Notes: a model not told the origin generated them from the letters alone. A stretch of 62,871 bases of DNA, filler included, from 4 parts of 4 records of this genome joined end to end with filler, not necessarily neighbours in it; one strand, 5' to 3'; positions 49,834-59,848 are shown, numbered from the whole stretch's first letter. Made by a program: numbers and translations.

Positions 49834-50538
49834 TCAACGCTTGCCGGCAATCAGCAGTGTTACTTCTCCTTTCAAAACCCGTTCTTCAATGGCTTTAGCT
49901 ACATTTTCCGCAGTATCACGAATGTATTCTTCGAATTTCTTCGTCAATTCGCGGGCGATGCAGATTTCACGGTCAGGCTCCAGATCGGCAAGAAGCTTGA
50001 TCGTTTTTGAAATGCGGTGAGGGGATTCGAAAAAGATGCTGGTAGCCGATCGTTCAAGCGCTTCGGTAAGTGCTCTGGTTTTGCGCCCTGATTTCACAGG
50101 CAGGAAACCTTCAAAATGAAATGCGTCGCTCGGCAGACCTGAGCCAACCAGCCCCGTGAGGACGGCAGACGCTCCCGGAAGAATTTCCAGAGGAACCCCG
50201 AGTTTTCGGCAGGCATTGGCAACGCGAAAGCCGGGATCTGAAACGGAAGGAGTGCCGGCATCGGTGAGAAGTGCGATTTTTTCGCCATTCAGCGCCCGTT
50301 CGGCAAGTTGTTCGGCGCGGAATTTTTCGTTGTGGTCGTGGCAGGAGATCAGTTCCTTGCCGGAAATCTCATAGCGCGACAGCAATCGAAGGGAGTGTCT
50401 TGTGTCCTCGCATGCGATCACGGTCGCGAGGTGCAAGTGCTCAATAGCACGATAGGTGATGTCGCCGAGATTCCCGATCGGGGAGGCGATCAGGCTGATG
50501 CGGCCTGATGTCGCGGCAATGGGAGCATTGCCGCTCAT
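49834..50538 (-). CDS. rsmI: 16S rRNA (cytidine1402-2'-O)-methyltransferase
   Basis: ASPIGNLGDITYRA, CEDTR, DAGTPSVSDPG, PGASA, FEGFLP, FESPHR, ARELTKKFEE, KGEV. Confidence 0.97.
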   Translation of the reverse strand: MSGNAPIAATSGRISLIASPIGNLGDITYRAIEHLHLATVIACEDTRHSLRLLSRYEISGKELISCHDHNEKFRAEQLAERALNGEKIALLTDAGTPSVSDPGFRVANACRKLGVPLEILPGASAVLTGLVGSGLPSDAFHFEGFLPVKSGRKTRALTEALERSATSIFFESPHRISKTIKLLADLEPDREICIARELTKKFEEYIRDTAENVAKAIEERVLKGEVTLLIAGKR

Positions 50539-50588
50539 TGAATTTTCGTGGTCAGAATGGGAGTCGGTTTTGATAGCCGAACCCTTTC

Positions 50589-51179
50589 TTACCAACCTTC
50601 AGTAAGCTGCGAAACGAGAATGTTTGCAGCGTCTTCGGCAGCAACTGGAATTGCGTTGCGCTCTGATAGCTGGAAGTTTGGATCAACAAACTGGATAGTG
50701 CGACCAATTACGCGACCGGGGCGATTGCGGAGGCTTGTGCTCGAGTCGCGGTTGGTGTCATCGATGTTGCGCGACGCAGCGTAATCGATTTTCTCACCAG
50801 TAACTGGATCCTGAAGTGACCACTCGACAACGATATAGACGTTTAACTCTGTAGTTTTAAGAGTGTTGGTGCGCGCTGCACGCAACTGGCGACGTTCGAT
50901 GCGCTTGATTTTACCAACGAGAACCGCGTCGGCGCTTTCTTTGGTAGAAACAGCGAACGTTCCATCTGCCTGAAGTCGCTTGATCACTGCGTTTGTAACC
51001 ACGGCCGAAGCACGGGGCTCAAGCGTCTGGTTTTCAAATGTGGGAATGAAAATCCTGTTTACTTCTTTGTAGGCAGCAGGCTTAACGGATCCAAGCTGAT
51101 ATCCGGCGCAATTTGAGAGAATCAAAAGGGCAGGGAATAACGCGAGCAATGGCAACGCTTTACGAAGGTTTTTCTTCAT
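50589..51179 (-). CDS. lptE: LptE-family LPS assembly lipoprotein
   Basis: Lipobox LSNC-AGYQLG, IFIPTFENQT, ADAVLVGKI; downstream of the bamD-like gene. Confidence 0.8.
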   Translation of the reverse strand: MKKNLRKALPLLALFPALLILSNCAGYQLGSVKPAAYKEVNRIFIPTFENQTLEPRASAVVTNAVIKRLQADGTFAVSTKESADAVLVGKIKRIERRQLRAARTNTLKTTELNVYIVVEWSLQDPVTGEKIDYAASRNIDDTNRDSSTSLRNRPGRVIGRTIQFVDPNFQLSERNAIPVAAEDAANILVSQLTEGW

Positions 51180-51359
51180 GGGTCCGAGGCAAAAAGGTTT
51201 CAGGTGGTCGATAATAGGCAAACTTTGATTTTTACCCTATTGATTGCCGCATAGCAAGCCTAGGTGAACATTTCATCGAAAAAAGTCGAGCTGAAATCAC
51301 TAAACTGGCCAAAAAAACCGGAATTCGTCAGGTTTTGGGCGTTTTGACGGGAAGGATGA

Positions 51360-52730
51360 TCAGTTTCCGGTAACAGGGTCATCATTCGGGATCGGGATCA
51401 CATTATCGTTCGAGGTCCGCATAGAGGGCTTCTTCGTCTTGATTGTTGGAGGAGGCGGCCCGAGATAGGATGCTTCTTCAGCGACCTCTTCTTTCTTGCC
51501 AAATCCGGAAAACATTTTTTTGAGTCCGCCGCTTCCGCTCTCTGGGGCCGCGGCAGGTTCTTCGCCGGGAAGGGCGATCTGTTGCGGGGCCACCGCAATA
51601 ACACCGGGACGCGGGGCGGTTGCCAACGAGGGGTCAACCGCAGTGAGTGCAGAAAGTCGCTCTTTGGCGTCGTTGTAACGGGTGGAGCCAGGATGCTCCA
51701 CGATCTTTCGATAATAAACGGCGGCAGATTTGTATTGTTCCCGACTTTCGTAAAAACGACCAATATTGAAGAGCTTATCAAGTTTGCGGTCCTCGATCTG
51801 ACCGAGCTCAGCCTTTACATCAGAAGCTCGTTTGTCGTCGGGGTTTTTACCTACGAAATCCATTCCGGCTTCTTCCTGGGCTCTATCTTCGACCGGGCTG
51901 AATGACTTTTTCGCCATCTGCCCGCGGAGTTTGAATACCTGAAACTGAGCCTCTGAGGCGAAATCCGTATTCTGATAGCTATCGGCGACCTGCTGAAATG
52001 CCATGATCGCGAGGGCTTGGTCTCTCTGCTCTGAATGAATGTAACCAATATTCAAAAGGGCTCGCGGTGCGAAATCCGTATAAGGCGCGCTGTTTGCGAT
52101 TTGTTGAAACATTTCGACCAAACGAGAGGGTTGAATGGCGGCTCCGATTCCACCGAACCCCTTTTTCGTGGCCCCTCGAAGTTTTTCAGCAATCCCAAAC
52201 TGTCGATTTAATGCATCGGTGAAACGCTTGCTGTTCTTATAGACGGTGATGAGCTCCTGATATTCCTCGAACGCTTTTTTGTCGTTCCCTTCAGCTTGGC
52301 GCATTTCCCCCATTTTGTACTGAGCTTCAGCTGCTGACTGCGTCCGTGGATAGCTTTTTACAAGGCCCTTGTAGGTTCCAAAGGCTTTTCCATAGCTAGC
52401 GGCGCCTTCCTCTGCTTGTGCTTTCGCCAGGACTTGGCTGGCTGCCGCCTCCTGAGCACTGAGTTGTCCTGAAGTCAGAACGGTTCGCGGGTTTGATGGC
52501 TTGGATCGCTTGGATCGCTTGGAATTACTTTCAACCGTCGTTGTCGGAAGCGTATCAGTTCCCGGAGGATTCACCGTCGCGACATCATCGGCATTGCTCT
52601 TCTTGTTTTTTTTGAAAAGGCCGCCCAGAAATCCCTGAGCGTTTGCGTCGTGCGAAATTCCCACCGTCGCAATCGCAGCCAAGGCGATCATTCCGGTACG
52701 GGCGTGAAATAGGGTTTCAGTTTTCTTCAT
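51360..52730 (-). CDS. bamD: BamD-like TPR outer-membrane assembly protein
   Basis: TPR repeats (YPRTQSAAEAQY, AFEEYQELI, APRALLNIG), LFNIGRFYE...SAAVYYRKIV BamD-like C-terminus; paired with lptE. Confidence 0.75.
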   Translation of the reverse strand: MKKTETLFHARTGMIALAAIATVGISHDANAQGFLGGLFKKNKKSNADDVATVNPPGTDTLPTTTVESNSKRSKRSKPSNPRTVLTSGQLSAQEAAASQVLAKAQAEEGAASYGKAFGTYKGLVKSYPRTQSAAEAQYKMGEMRQAEGNDKKAFEEYQELITVYKNSKRFTDALNRQFGIAEKLRGATKKGFGGIGAAIQPSRLVEMFQQIANSAPYTDFAPRALLNIGYIHSEQRDQALAIMAFQQVADSYQNTDFASEAQFQVFKLRGQMAKKSFSPVEDRAQEEAGMDFVGKNPDDKRASDVKAELGQIEDRKLDKLFNIGRFYESREQYKSAAVYYRKIVEHPGSTRYNDAKERLSALTAVDPSLATAPRPGVIAVAPQQIALPGEEPAAAPESGSGGLKKMFSGFGKKEEVAEEASYLGPPPPTIKTKKPSMRTSNDNVIPIPNDDPVTGN

Positions 52731-53051
52731 TGCTCGATTTGGCTTGTTGATAAGCCATCCCAACTGGGACGACTGTGCCGTGTGTGTTCTTAGGAGATTT
52801 TTAACGAATTCTGACAAACTTTGCAAGTCTGAGATAAGGTTGTGCGACTAAAAAATGCTGATCTCGCGGTGACTTTAATCGCTAACTCCTTTAATATTAG
52901 TTGAAAAATGTCTATATTTACGAAATGTGAGATTTTTAAAATAGTCAGCACTTTCAAACATTCCCCGTGGAACATTTTAAAAACTTAAGTTCTTTTGCCT
53001 GCATATTCTTATTTCTCCTAAGTTCACCCTCTTCAATCCGTCTTTCCTCTG

Positions 53052-54761
53052 ATGTCACGTTTTCATCGACCTGCCTTGCTTTTTTGTTTGCTTTCCGCTG
53101 CCTTCCTCCAGAGTTGCGGCGAAGCTCGCCGTCCGGTTTCTCCTGAGGATCAGGAAACCGCAGCGCGCTATCTTTCCGTTCTGGAGAAATACGCCGAGAC
53201 GGTTTTTGCAAATTCGCTGGATCGTTACGGCGAGGAGACTCCACTGTTTCTGGATGGAGTGAATCTGGAAACGCTGGAGCCCGTGACGTGGCAATACGAT
53301 CATCACGAATGGGTTCTCGCGAATCTGGCAAATCAGCAAAACCTGCTCCGAACCCTGGTTGGTTTGACTGAACTGACGGAGGAGCCTAAATACAAAGAAG
53401 CTGCGGTTTCTGCCGTCCAATTTGGATTTGAAAATTTAGTGACCCCAAACGGCTTGATGTATTGGGGAGGCCACACCGCTTATGATGCAAGGGGAGATGA
53501 ATGGGTAGGGCGGCGATACCATTGGCTTGGGAAGAAGCGCAGCCCGGTGCATGAATTGAAGGCGACTTACCCTTATTATGATTTGATGTGGGAAATTGAT
53601 GAAGAGGCAACTCGCCGATTTATTCGTGCATTTTGGGAATGCCATATGAGGGAGTGGGAGCGGCTTGATTTTGACCGCCACGGCGGCGTTGAGAACCCCA
53701 AGCGGATTGATGAATCGGTCTGGGAACATGATTTCGCGGCGGATAGCCCCGTCGGTTACATTGGAAAAGGGCGAACGTTTGTGAATGCAGGAAGTGACCT
53801 CCTTTTCGCCGGAGCGATGCTTTACGATCTCGACGGAGAGAAGCCAGCCTTGCAATGGGCGGAGCGGCTCGCTGGTCAGTATGCAAAAACTTCGGACCCA
53901 AAGACCGGTTTGCGGGGCTATCAATTCACTCGACCGGCAAAGGATCGAGCAGAAGAACAATTCGGAGACCTATTTCCGGAAAAAGTGGTCGATGAAGCTC
54001 ATTTGTTTGAGCCCAACTCCCTCGCAGCTCCATTATTGACTCAGATTCACCTTGCTGAGCGCCTCGGAAAAAAAGGGGATTCATTTCTGAAATGGGCAAT
54101 TGCAGATCTTGAGGGCATCGGGCGAAGCGCCTACGACGACTCAACTGGAAAATTGCGCCGTACGCTTTTGGATGGCACCGATTTGTCGGCAACTGAAATG
54201 CCGCGTGACGGTTATTTTGGGCCGAAAGGCTCTATCTCCGGGCAATGGCCGGCCGCAGATTATTTTATCGTCTATGCAGCAGCGGCAACCCTAGTCGATC
54301 GCACGGCTCATCCTGAACTTTGGGAAATGGCGAGGAAAATAGGCAAGGCAAATCGTCTGGGTGATATTGGCAGCGAGGAAGGTGAGGGTAGGGCGCTTAA
54401 TTTTGAGACAGACCTGAGTAATCCTGAATTCATCTTCGGGTTGCTCGACCTTCAGGAAATTACCGGAGACCGCAGCTTTCTTGATCTCGCGTGCGTGATC
54501 GCTGATAATTTGATCAAAATCAGAATGTCGAACGGCTATTTTAAGCAGGAAGGAGACTATCGCTTTACCCGGGTGAGTCGGCCGGAATCAATGGCGCTGC
54601 TTCATCTGGCGGGTTCTCTGTTGAATCGGCGTGATGATCTGCCGGTGTTTTATGATAGCTCATCCTATTTTGCCTGCGAACTTAAGAGTTCTGATCCCGC
54701 GTATACGTTTGATCACAATGTGATTTACACCCAGCTAAGAAGTGATCCTGCTTCCCGTTGA
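53052..54761 (+). CDS. polysaccharide lyase family 2 (pectate lyase PelW/PL2-like) lipoprotein
   Basis: Lipobox LQSC; NLANQQNLLRTLVGL, GLMYWGGH, VHELKATYPYYDLM, ATRRFIRAFW, FVNAGSDL, GYQF, DRAEEQFG match recalled PL2 sequences. Confidence 0.85.
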   Translation: MSRFHRPALLFCLLSAAFLQSCGEARRPVSPEDQETAARYLSVLEKYAETVFANSLDRYGEETPLFLDGVNLETLEPVTWQYDHHEWVLANLANQQNLLRTLVGLTELTEEPKYKEAAVSAVQFGFENLVTPNGLMYWGGHTAYDARGDEWVGRRYHWLGKKRSPVHELKATYPYYDLMWEIDEEATRRFIRAFWECHMREWERLDFDRHGGVENPKRIDESVWEHDFAADSPVGYIGKGRTFVNAGSDLLFAGAMLYDLDGEKPALQWAERLAGQYAKTSDPKTGLRGYQFTRPAKDRAEEQFGDLFPEKVVDEAHLFEPNSLAAPLLTQIHLAERLGKKGDSFLKWAIADLEGIGRSAYDDSTGKLRRTLLDGTDLSATEMPRDGYFGPKGSISGQWPAADYFIVYAAAATLVDRTAHPELWEMARKIGKANRLGDIGSEEGEGRALNFETDLSNPEFIFGLLDLQEITGDRSFLDLACVIADNLIKIRMSNGYFKQEGDYRFTRVSRPESMALLHLAGSLLNRRDDLPVFYDSSSYFACELKSSDPAYTFDHNVIYTQLRSDPASR

Positions 54762-54820
54762 ATTCCCCGGTATTTAATTTAAGGTATCTTAGATTTCATC
54801 CAGTTTCCCTGTTTTCGCAA

Positions 54821-56737
54821 ATGGCCCACGTTTCAAAGCCAAAAAAATTCCTGATTCGAGTTCGGGACTCTTCTCTTGCCGCCCTCGAAGGTGCGGATCA
54901 AAAGGCGGTGGCTGTGCAGATTTTCATCCTGCTCGTTGCAGTGGCGACGATCTCATTCTTTTTCAATACAGTGGAAGATTACCAGGAGACGGAGACTGAA
55001 ATTTCCGCTCTCATTGAAATCGGCAAAGCAGGCGCGTATGAACTCCCGACGAAGGTGGCTCCGATCACTCAGGGAATAGGAGCGCTGATTGTAGCGTCTG
55101 CCTTCTTGCTCAGTCTCCGCTTGCGGGCCCGGTTGACTGACGAGCAGCGGATTCGGCTGACCAAGATTATTTTTTGGATCACTGCTTTTGGAGTGCTTGT
55201 GGCGTGGTTGCCATCGGATTTTGCAGTGACCCAATCTGGGATCATGGGCAAAGCGATGGCGGGAGAACTGCCGTCCTCGTGGGCTTATGCTGGAAAGCTG
55301 ATTCTCATTGGCTTGCTGATTCTCAGTTTCCCCATCGCGGTCATGCTCAATTACCGTTCCAGCATCATGGATCAGTACGTCATGCGGAACTTCCTGACGC
55401 CGTTCGCCTTCTGTTTGACTGCTTTTGTTTCGATTTTCATCATTTTTGATCTCCTGAACAACGCTACTGATCTTGCCGGGGCGTCTGCGGGCACGGTTCT
55501 CAAGTTTTATATCGTTCAACTGCCAATGGTGATTGTCTTCGTTCTGCCGGCGACGTTGTTGCTCTCGCTTCTGTTTTCATTGGGGAAAATGTCGACCTCG
55601 AATGAGCTGATCAGCATGATCGGAGCCGGGCGGAGCGTGATGCGCGTATTGCGCCCCTTCTTCCTCGTTGGATTGCTCTGCGTGTTGGTTTCGTTGGTTT
55701 TCAAGTATGAATGGGGACCGAATTCCGTGGGCTATAAGGAATCGCTTTTGGCATTGATCAAACAGGAACGGCTCGACAAAAAGAATAAGAAAACAGGCAG
55801 TCGGGACGCCTCCAAGGTTGCCAAATTCGGCTGGATGCACGTGAACGAAGTGGATAATCGTACCTGGTTTGTTGGGCGGGTTCCCCGGAATTTGGCGAAG
55901 GATAAAATGGTGTCAGTCGTTATCTGGCAAATGGGTGACGACGGGCGGCCGGATATTATCTGGAAGGCCCGAACCGCAAAATGGCTTCACGGAATGGCGC
56001 CGCCGGAATGGTGGCTTTACGCAGGAAAAACCTATACCTATGACGACAACGGCGTTCCGCGCGTGCAATCGTTCGACAAATTGCGGCTGCCTGGCTGGCG
56101 GGAAACCCCTTGGAAAGTGCTGAGTTCGTCGCAGAATGCAGAGCACCTCGGGTTGCCTGCACTAACGATGTATCTCAAATCAAACTCCGATTACACCAAG
56201 CGGGACCTCGCTCCGTTTCTAACCAACTGGTGGGATACCTTTGCGGAACCGTTCTGGTGTTTTGTGATGGTACTTGTTTCTGCCCCGCTCGGAATTGTCT
56301 ATTCGCGTCGCGGTGTCATGGGTGGAGTGGCTGCATCAATTGTGATTTTTGCGCTGATGTATGTGACGCGGGGAACGCTGATTTCCCTTGGACAAGCAAC
56401 GATTATCCCGGCATGGATCGCAGCCTGGGGAAACAATCTCATTTTCGCTACGGTTGGTGTCGCGTTGCTTTGGTTCCGATCGCAGAATCGGGAGTTGCCA
56501 AAATTGAAAACGATCTTGATGGCACCGTTTCGCCGGAAGTCGGTGGTGGCAAAGAGAACGCCAAGTTTTACGGCTCAGCAAAATTCAGTTTCGGTCGGAA
56601 ACTCGCCAGCACTTGGCGCCATTGATGGCGTGCTTGACTCCGAGGCGTTGCAGGAGCTGGATGAAACCCTCGCTGAAATTGCGCCACAGGACCGAAAGTC
56701 CGACAATAGTTGCGGAGCGCAAACCGCGCTTTTTTAA
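54821..56737 (+). CDS. LptF/LptG family permease with an N-terminal extra membrane domain
   Basis: IMDQYVMRNFL, LPATLLLSLLFSLGKMSTSNELISMIGAGRS, beta-jellyroll region, PAWIAAWGNNLIF. Confidence 0.9.
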   Translation: MAHVSKPKKFLIRVRDSSLAALEGADQKAVAVQIFILLVAVATISFFFNTVEDYQETETEISALIEIGKAGAYELPTKVAPITQGIGALIVASAFLLSLRLRARLTDEQRIRLTKIIFWITAFGVLVAWLPSDFAVTQSGIMGKAMAGELPSSWAYAGKLILIGLLILSFPIAVMLNYRSSIMDQYVMRNFLTPFAFCLTAFVSIFIIFDLLNNATDLAGASAGTVLKFYIVQLPMVIVFVLPATLLLSLLFSLGKMSTSNELISMIGAGRSVMRVLRPFFLVGLLCVLVSLVFKYEWGPNSVGYKESLLALIKQERLDKKNKKTGSRDASKVAKFGWMHVNEVDNRTWFVGRVPRNLAKDKMVSVVIWQMGDDGRPDIIWKARTAKWLHGMAPPEWWLYAGKTYTYDDNGVPRVQSFDKLRLPGWRETPWKVLSSSQNAEHLGLPALTMYLKSNSDYTKRDLAPFLTNWWDTFAEPFWCFVMVLVSAPLGIVYSRRGVMGGVAASIVIFALMYVTRGTLISLGQATIIPAWIAAWGNNLIFATVGVALLWFRSQNRELPKLKTILMAPFRRKSVVAKRTPSFTAQQNSVSVGNSPALGAIDGVLDSEALQELDETLAEIAPQDRKSDNSCGAQTALF

Positions 56738-58134
56738 GCAGAAGTCCTTTTCCGCTGCGGATTGTCCGCAAAAAAGCTTCCAAAGAATAGGAGTGCTGGA
56801 ATCGTAACGCTGGCAGCAAGTGCCCAGCTGTATGAACCAGCTGCCTGCACAGAGAGGGCAAAAACAAGCGGACCGATTCCACTGGCGATCACCATGGCAC
56901 TCATGTTGACGCCAGATACCGCGCCGAGATGCTCGCGGCCAAAAAATCGAGGCCAAACGATTCCTGAAAGCGATCCGAAGAAGCCGCCGCAAATGCCGTT
57001 TCCAATTACATAAAGCGCGATTCCTCCCGGCTCTGAAAGGCGCATCAAGCCGATTGCCCCGAGAAGGGCCCCGCAATTCATTCCTGCGAGCAGCCATTTC
57101 AGGCGGGTCTTTGCATTGATCACTCCACAAAACAAACTCGTCACCACACTGACTGCGGCCATCGGAATGAACAGGCTGATCATCGATTCCTTTTTAAATC
57201 CAAATTCTTCACCCAGCGAAACAATGTGAAACGTGAACGCCGTTGAGTAGAGCGAGAAAAACGAAAACGACAGGGCGAATAGCCAGAATGAATAGGTCCG
57301 GACCGCTTCCGCGCGCGAAAAGTCGCGATGAATCACCATGTCGAGATTCTCTTTTCCTTTGGTAACAATCTTGCCTCCATCCATTTCCATCCCACAATCT
57401 TCCGGCGAATCGCGGAAGAAAAACCAGGCGAGGGGAGCCATCACGCAGATCGTGAGAATTCCGAGAATCATCCAAGCTCCTTCAGCGCTAAATTTCAGAA
57501 TCAGCATGTCGAGAAATTTCGGAGCCGACGAAAATCCAAACGAGGTGGCAATCCCAACCATCGCAAACACCAGTCCGCGCCGAACATCGAACCATTTCCC
57601 GATCAAATTTCGGGCACTCATTGTCAGCACTCCTTGAGCCGAGGCCCGAATCAAGTAAAACCCAAGTCCGATCACGATGAACGAAACGGCGAGGCTCCAC
57701 GAGTCAGGCAGGTTCGAGGATAGAAACGCCGCAAATTGCTTTGTCACTGCGAGATAAAACAAAACCACGCCCGTGATCAATGCCGAAATGACCGCCATTT
57801 TGCGACCGCCCCAGAAATCGTAAAGCCGTCCCAGCGCGGGAAGCGTGAGCCCTGAAGCAACTGTGCCGGCAAAATAAGCGGAGCTCAACTGAACCCTGGT
57901 AAGCCCCAAGTTTTCCATGAGGACTTCCGTGAAGACGCTGAATCCCATCGTTTGCCCCGGGATTGAAAATAACACTCCAATCGTCGAAACAATCGCGATC
58001 ACCCACCCGTAAAAGACTTTTCCACCAATCGGTCTGGGCAGGAATGGGGAGTCAGCACGCCACAAGCGGGAAGTTAATTTGGATGGTTTCAAGACGCGCG
58101 CAGATTCGGTGGGAACGCTATTTCTGCAACACAA
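56734..58134 (-). CDS. major facilitator superfamily transporter (start uncertain)
   Basis: FYGWVI, PGQTMGFSVF, GRLYDFWGGR, WFDVRRG, PRFFGREHLGAVSG; about 12 TM helices. Confidence 0.92.
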   Translation of the reverse strand: MCCRNSVPTESARVLKPSKLTSRLWRADSPFLPRPIGGKVFYGWVIAIVSTIGVLFSIPGQTMGFSVFTEVLMENLGLTRVQLSSAYFAGTVASGLTLPALGRLYDFWGGRKMAVISALITGVVLFYLAVTKQFAAFLSSNLPDSWSLAVSFIVIGLGFYLIRASAQGVLTMSARNLIGKWFDVRRGLVFAMVGIATSFGFSSAPKFLDMLILKFSAEGAWMILGILTICVMAPLAWFFFRDSPEDCGMEMDGGKIVTKGKENLDMVIHRDFSRAEAVRTYSFWLFALSFSFFSLYSTAFTFHIVSLGEEFGFKKESMISLFIPMAAVSVVTSLFCGVINAKTRLKWLLAGMNCGALLGAIGLMRLSEPGGIALYVIGNGICGGFFGSLSGIVWPRFFGREHLGAVSGVNMSAMVIASGIGPLVFALSVQAAGSYSWALAASVTIPALLFFGSFFADNPQRKRTSA

Positions 58135-58272
58135 AGTGATTTCTCGATTCCTTTAACAATGAGGGGCTTTAGCCATTCAAAATTCAATCGGAAAATTGAA
58201 CCGCTCGACGTTTTACTTTTCCGGATCCAAATAGGTCAGTTATCTGAACCAATCAAAGCAGAATTAGAAGAA

Positions 58273-58361
58273 GCAGAACAAGCTAGAGATGGTGCCGCCG
58301 AGAAAGCCGTTTGATTAGATTCAGAGCTTCCCACCGGCGCGCCATTCCTTTAACGTTGTCC
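58273..58361 (+). mobile_element. attC-like recombination hairpin
   Basis: GCAGAAC...GTTGTCC ends with complementary inner arms (ATGG/CCAT, TGCCG/CGGCG, GAAAGC/GCTTCC); an ORF starts 7 nt after it. Confidence 0.55.
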
Positions 58362-58367
58362 AACTGA

Positions 58368-58895
58368 ATGAAGCGCCCGGTAATTCGAAAAGTGATTTTG
58401 GCGGTACTCGTCGTTCTTGTGTTTTCAGCGGGCTACATACTCACGCGGGGGAACGCAGTCTGGAGGATTCGATCGCATTATCCCGATAGCGAGTTCTCGC
58501 TGGCAGGCGACAGGGTCAGGGACATCAGTATTTCCGGCGCAATCGGAAGCCTGATTCGTGGCAGTGGTCTCGATTACTACGGGGGCGGAGAGCCTGTCCA
58601 GATTCTGGTCAAGGACACGGAGGAACCGATTGATTTGGAAGACTTCAAGGGCATCAAGATTGAGAAACTGACGTTCGTGAATTGCACGTTGAGAGACGTC
58701 CGCCTTGTGATGGGTAACTATCGACCGTGGACAACGTTTACGAACTGTGACTTTTCCGCCGTTCCTGCGACACAGATGAAGTATTTAGACTTCAAAGACG
58801 AAATTAAATCCTACAATGTCAACGGACGGCTTTTGGATGAAGAACCCCCGGATGCGTTCACCCGGCCCCACGGCATTTACGCTTTCTACCCATGA
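58368..58895 (+). CDS. hypothetical membrane-anchored protein (cassette-like)
   Basis: N-terminal TM; no family recognised; bracketed by attC-like sequences. Confidence 0.65.
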   Translation: MKRPVIRKVILAVLVVLVFSAGYILTRGNAVWRIRSHYPDSEFSLAGDRVRDISISGAIGSLIRGSGLDYYGGGEPVQILVKDTEEPIDLEDFKGIKIEKLTFVNCTLRDVRLVMGNYRPWTTFTNCDFSAVPATQMKYLDFKDEIKSYNVNGRLLDEEPPDAFTRPHGIYAFYP

Positions 58896-59143
58896 CTAAA
58901 TGAACGACTAACAAGGTGGCATAAGAACAGGTGAAGGCTTGTCAACCAGATGCGCCAAATAAGCACTTGGATGGAGACGTCTGACCCGCCCGGAGTCGAA
59001 GGACGGAACCGCGGCGCTTATCGAGCGCCCGCTTTCCGCTGTGACAGGCATGATTAGAGCGTCCAACAAAGAAATCCCTGCTGACGCTTGAGAAGGTGTT
59101 GCCGTCGAAGTAATTCTAGAAGACCGTGATAATGCAATTCAAT

Positions 59144-59818
59144 ATGAAAAAGGGATTTACAGTTACATTAATATACTGCTGCTGGCACTGTTTAGCTGCA
59201 GTAAAGAAACGCCAAACGTGACGCCGAAACCGGTCTTTCTTGTGGCAAAGGCGGAAACGGTTATTGCAGGAAAGCCCGAGCCATCTGAAGAGTCAGCGCT
59301 TAGATACCTGCAGGAATTCGTTTCCAAAGTCGAAAAAAACACAGGTATCCCGGGAGCCGATCTTACTTCGGTCAAATACCACACAGGAACGTCTCACAGT
59401 TCTGAAGGGCTGGTCGTCAACGGAAGCAAAGGCGGGAGATCCTACCGTTCCGCCTGATAAATCCTATTATTACGAGTTTCATTATGACAGCGAAGGGAAG
59501 CTGAGTCACCTTGTTGAGAACAATAAAGGAGTCAGTGCCCTTTCTGCTCTCTTTTACTGCGACGGCACGAATCCAACGGCGAGAATTTGCTTCGTACAAG
59601 GAAAATACAGTTACAGTGACCTTGCCTTCTACAATAAGAACGGGATGTATTTCAAATGCAGGATCGCACCTGACGGCAAAGTGTTATCAAAGTGGGCTTA
59701 TTGCTACGGGGCAGCAATAGTGGGGGGCGGGTCGTCAGCGGGAGCGCGTGCAAGCTGGAAAAGTAATTCCAATATGCCACTTGTTGTCGTGACGACATTT
59801 CGATCAAACAGTGTCTGA
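59144..59818 (+). pseudogene. frameshifted hypothetical lipoprotein
   Basis: ATG at 59144 plus an A5 slip restores MKKGIYSYINILLLALFSC (lipobox); a second shift near 59415-59425 joins it to ...PDKSYYYEFHYDSEGKL. Confidence 0.6.
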
Positions 59819-59848
59819 TCGATGAACCAACCCTGTTGGTACGTAAAA
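59798..59848. repeat. palindromic repeat, copy I
   Basis: tttcgatcaaacagtgtctgatcgatgaaccaaccctgttggtacgtaaaa. Confidence 0.85.

Noticed and set aside
51229..51275. Possible tenth copy of the palindromic repeat
   Set aside because: Only the CCCTATTGATT core matches; too degenerate to count.
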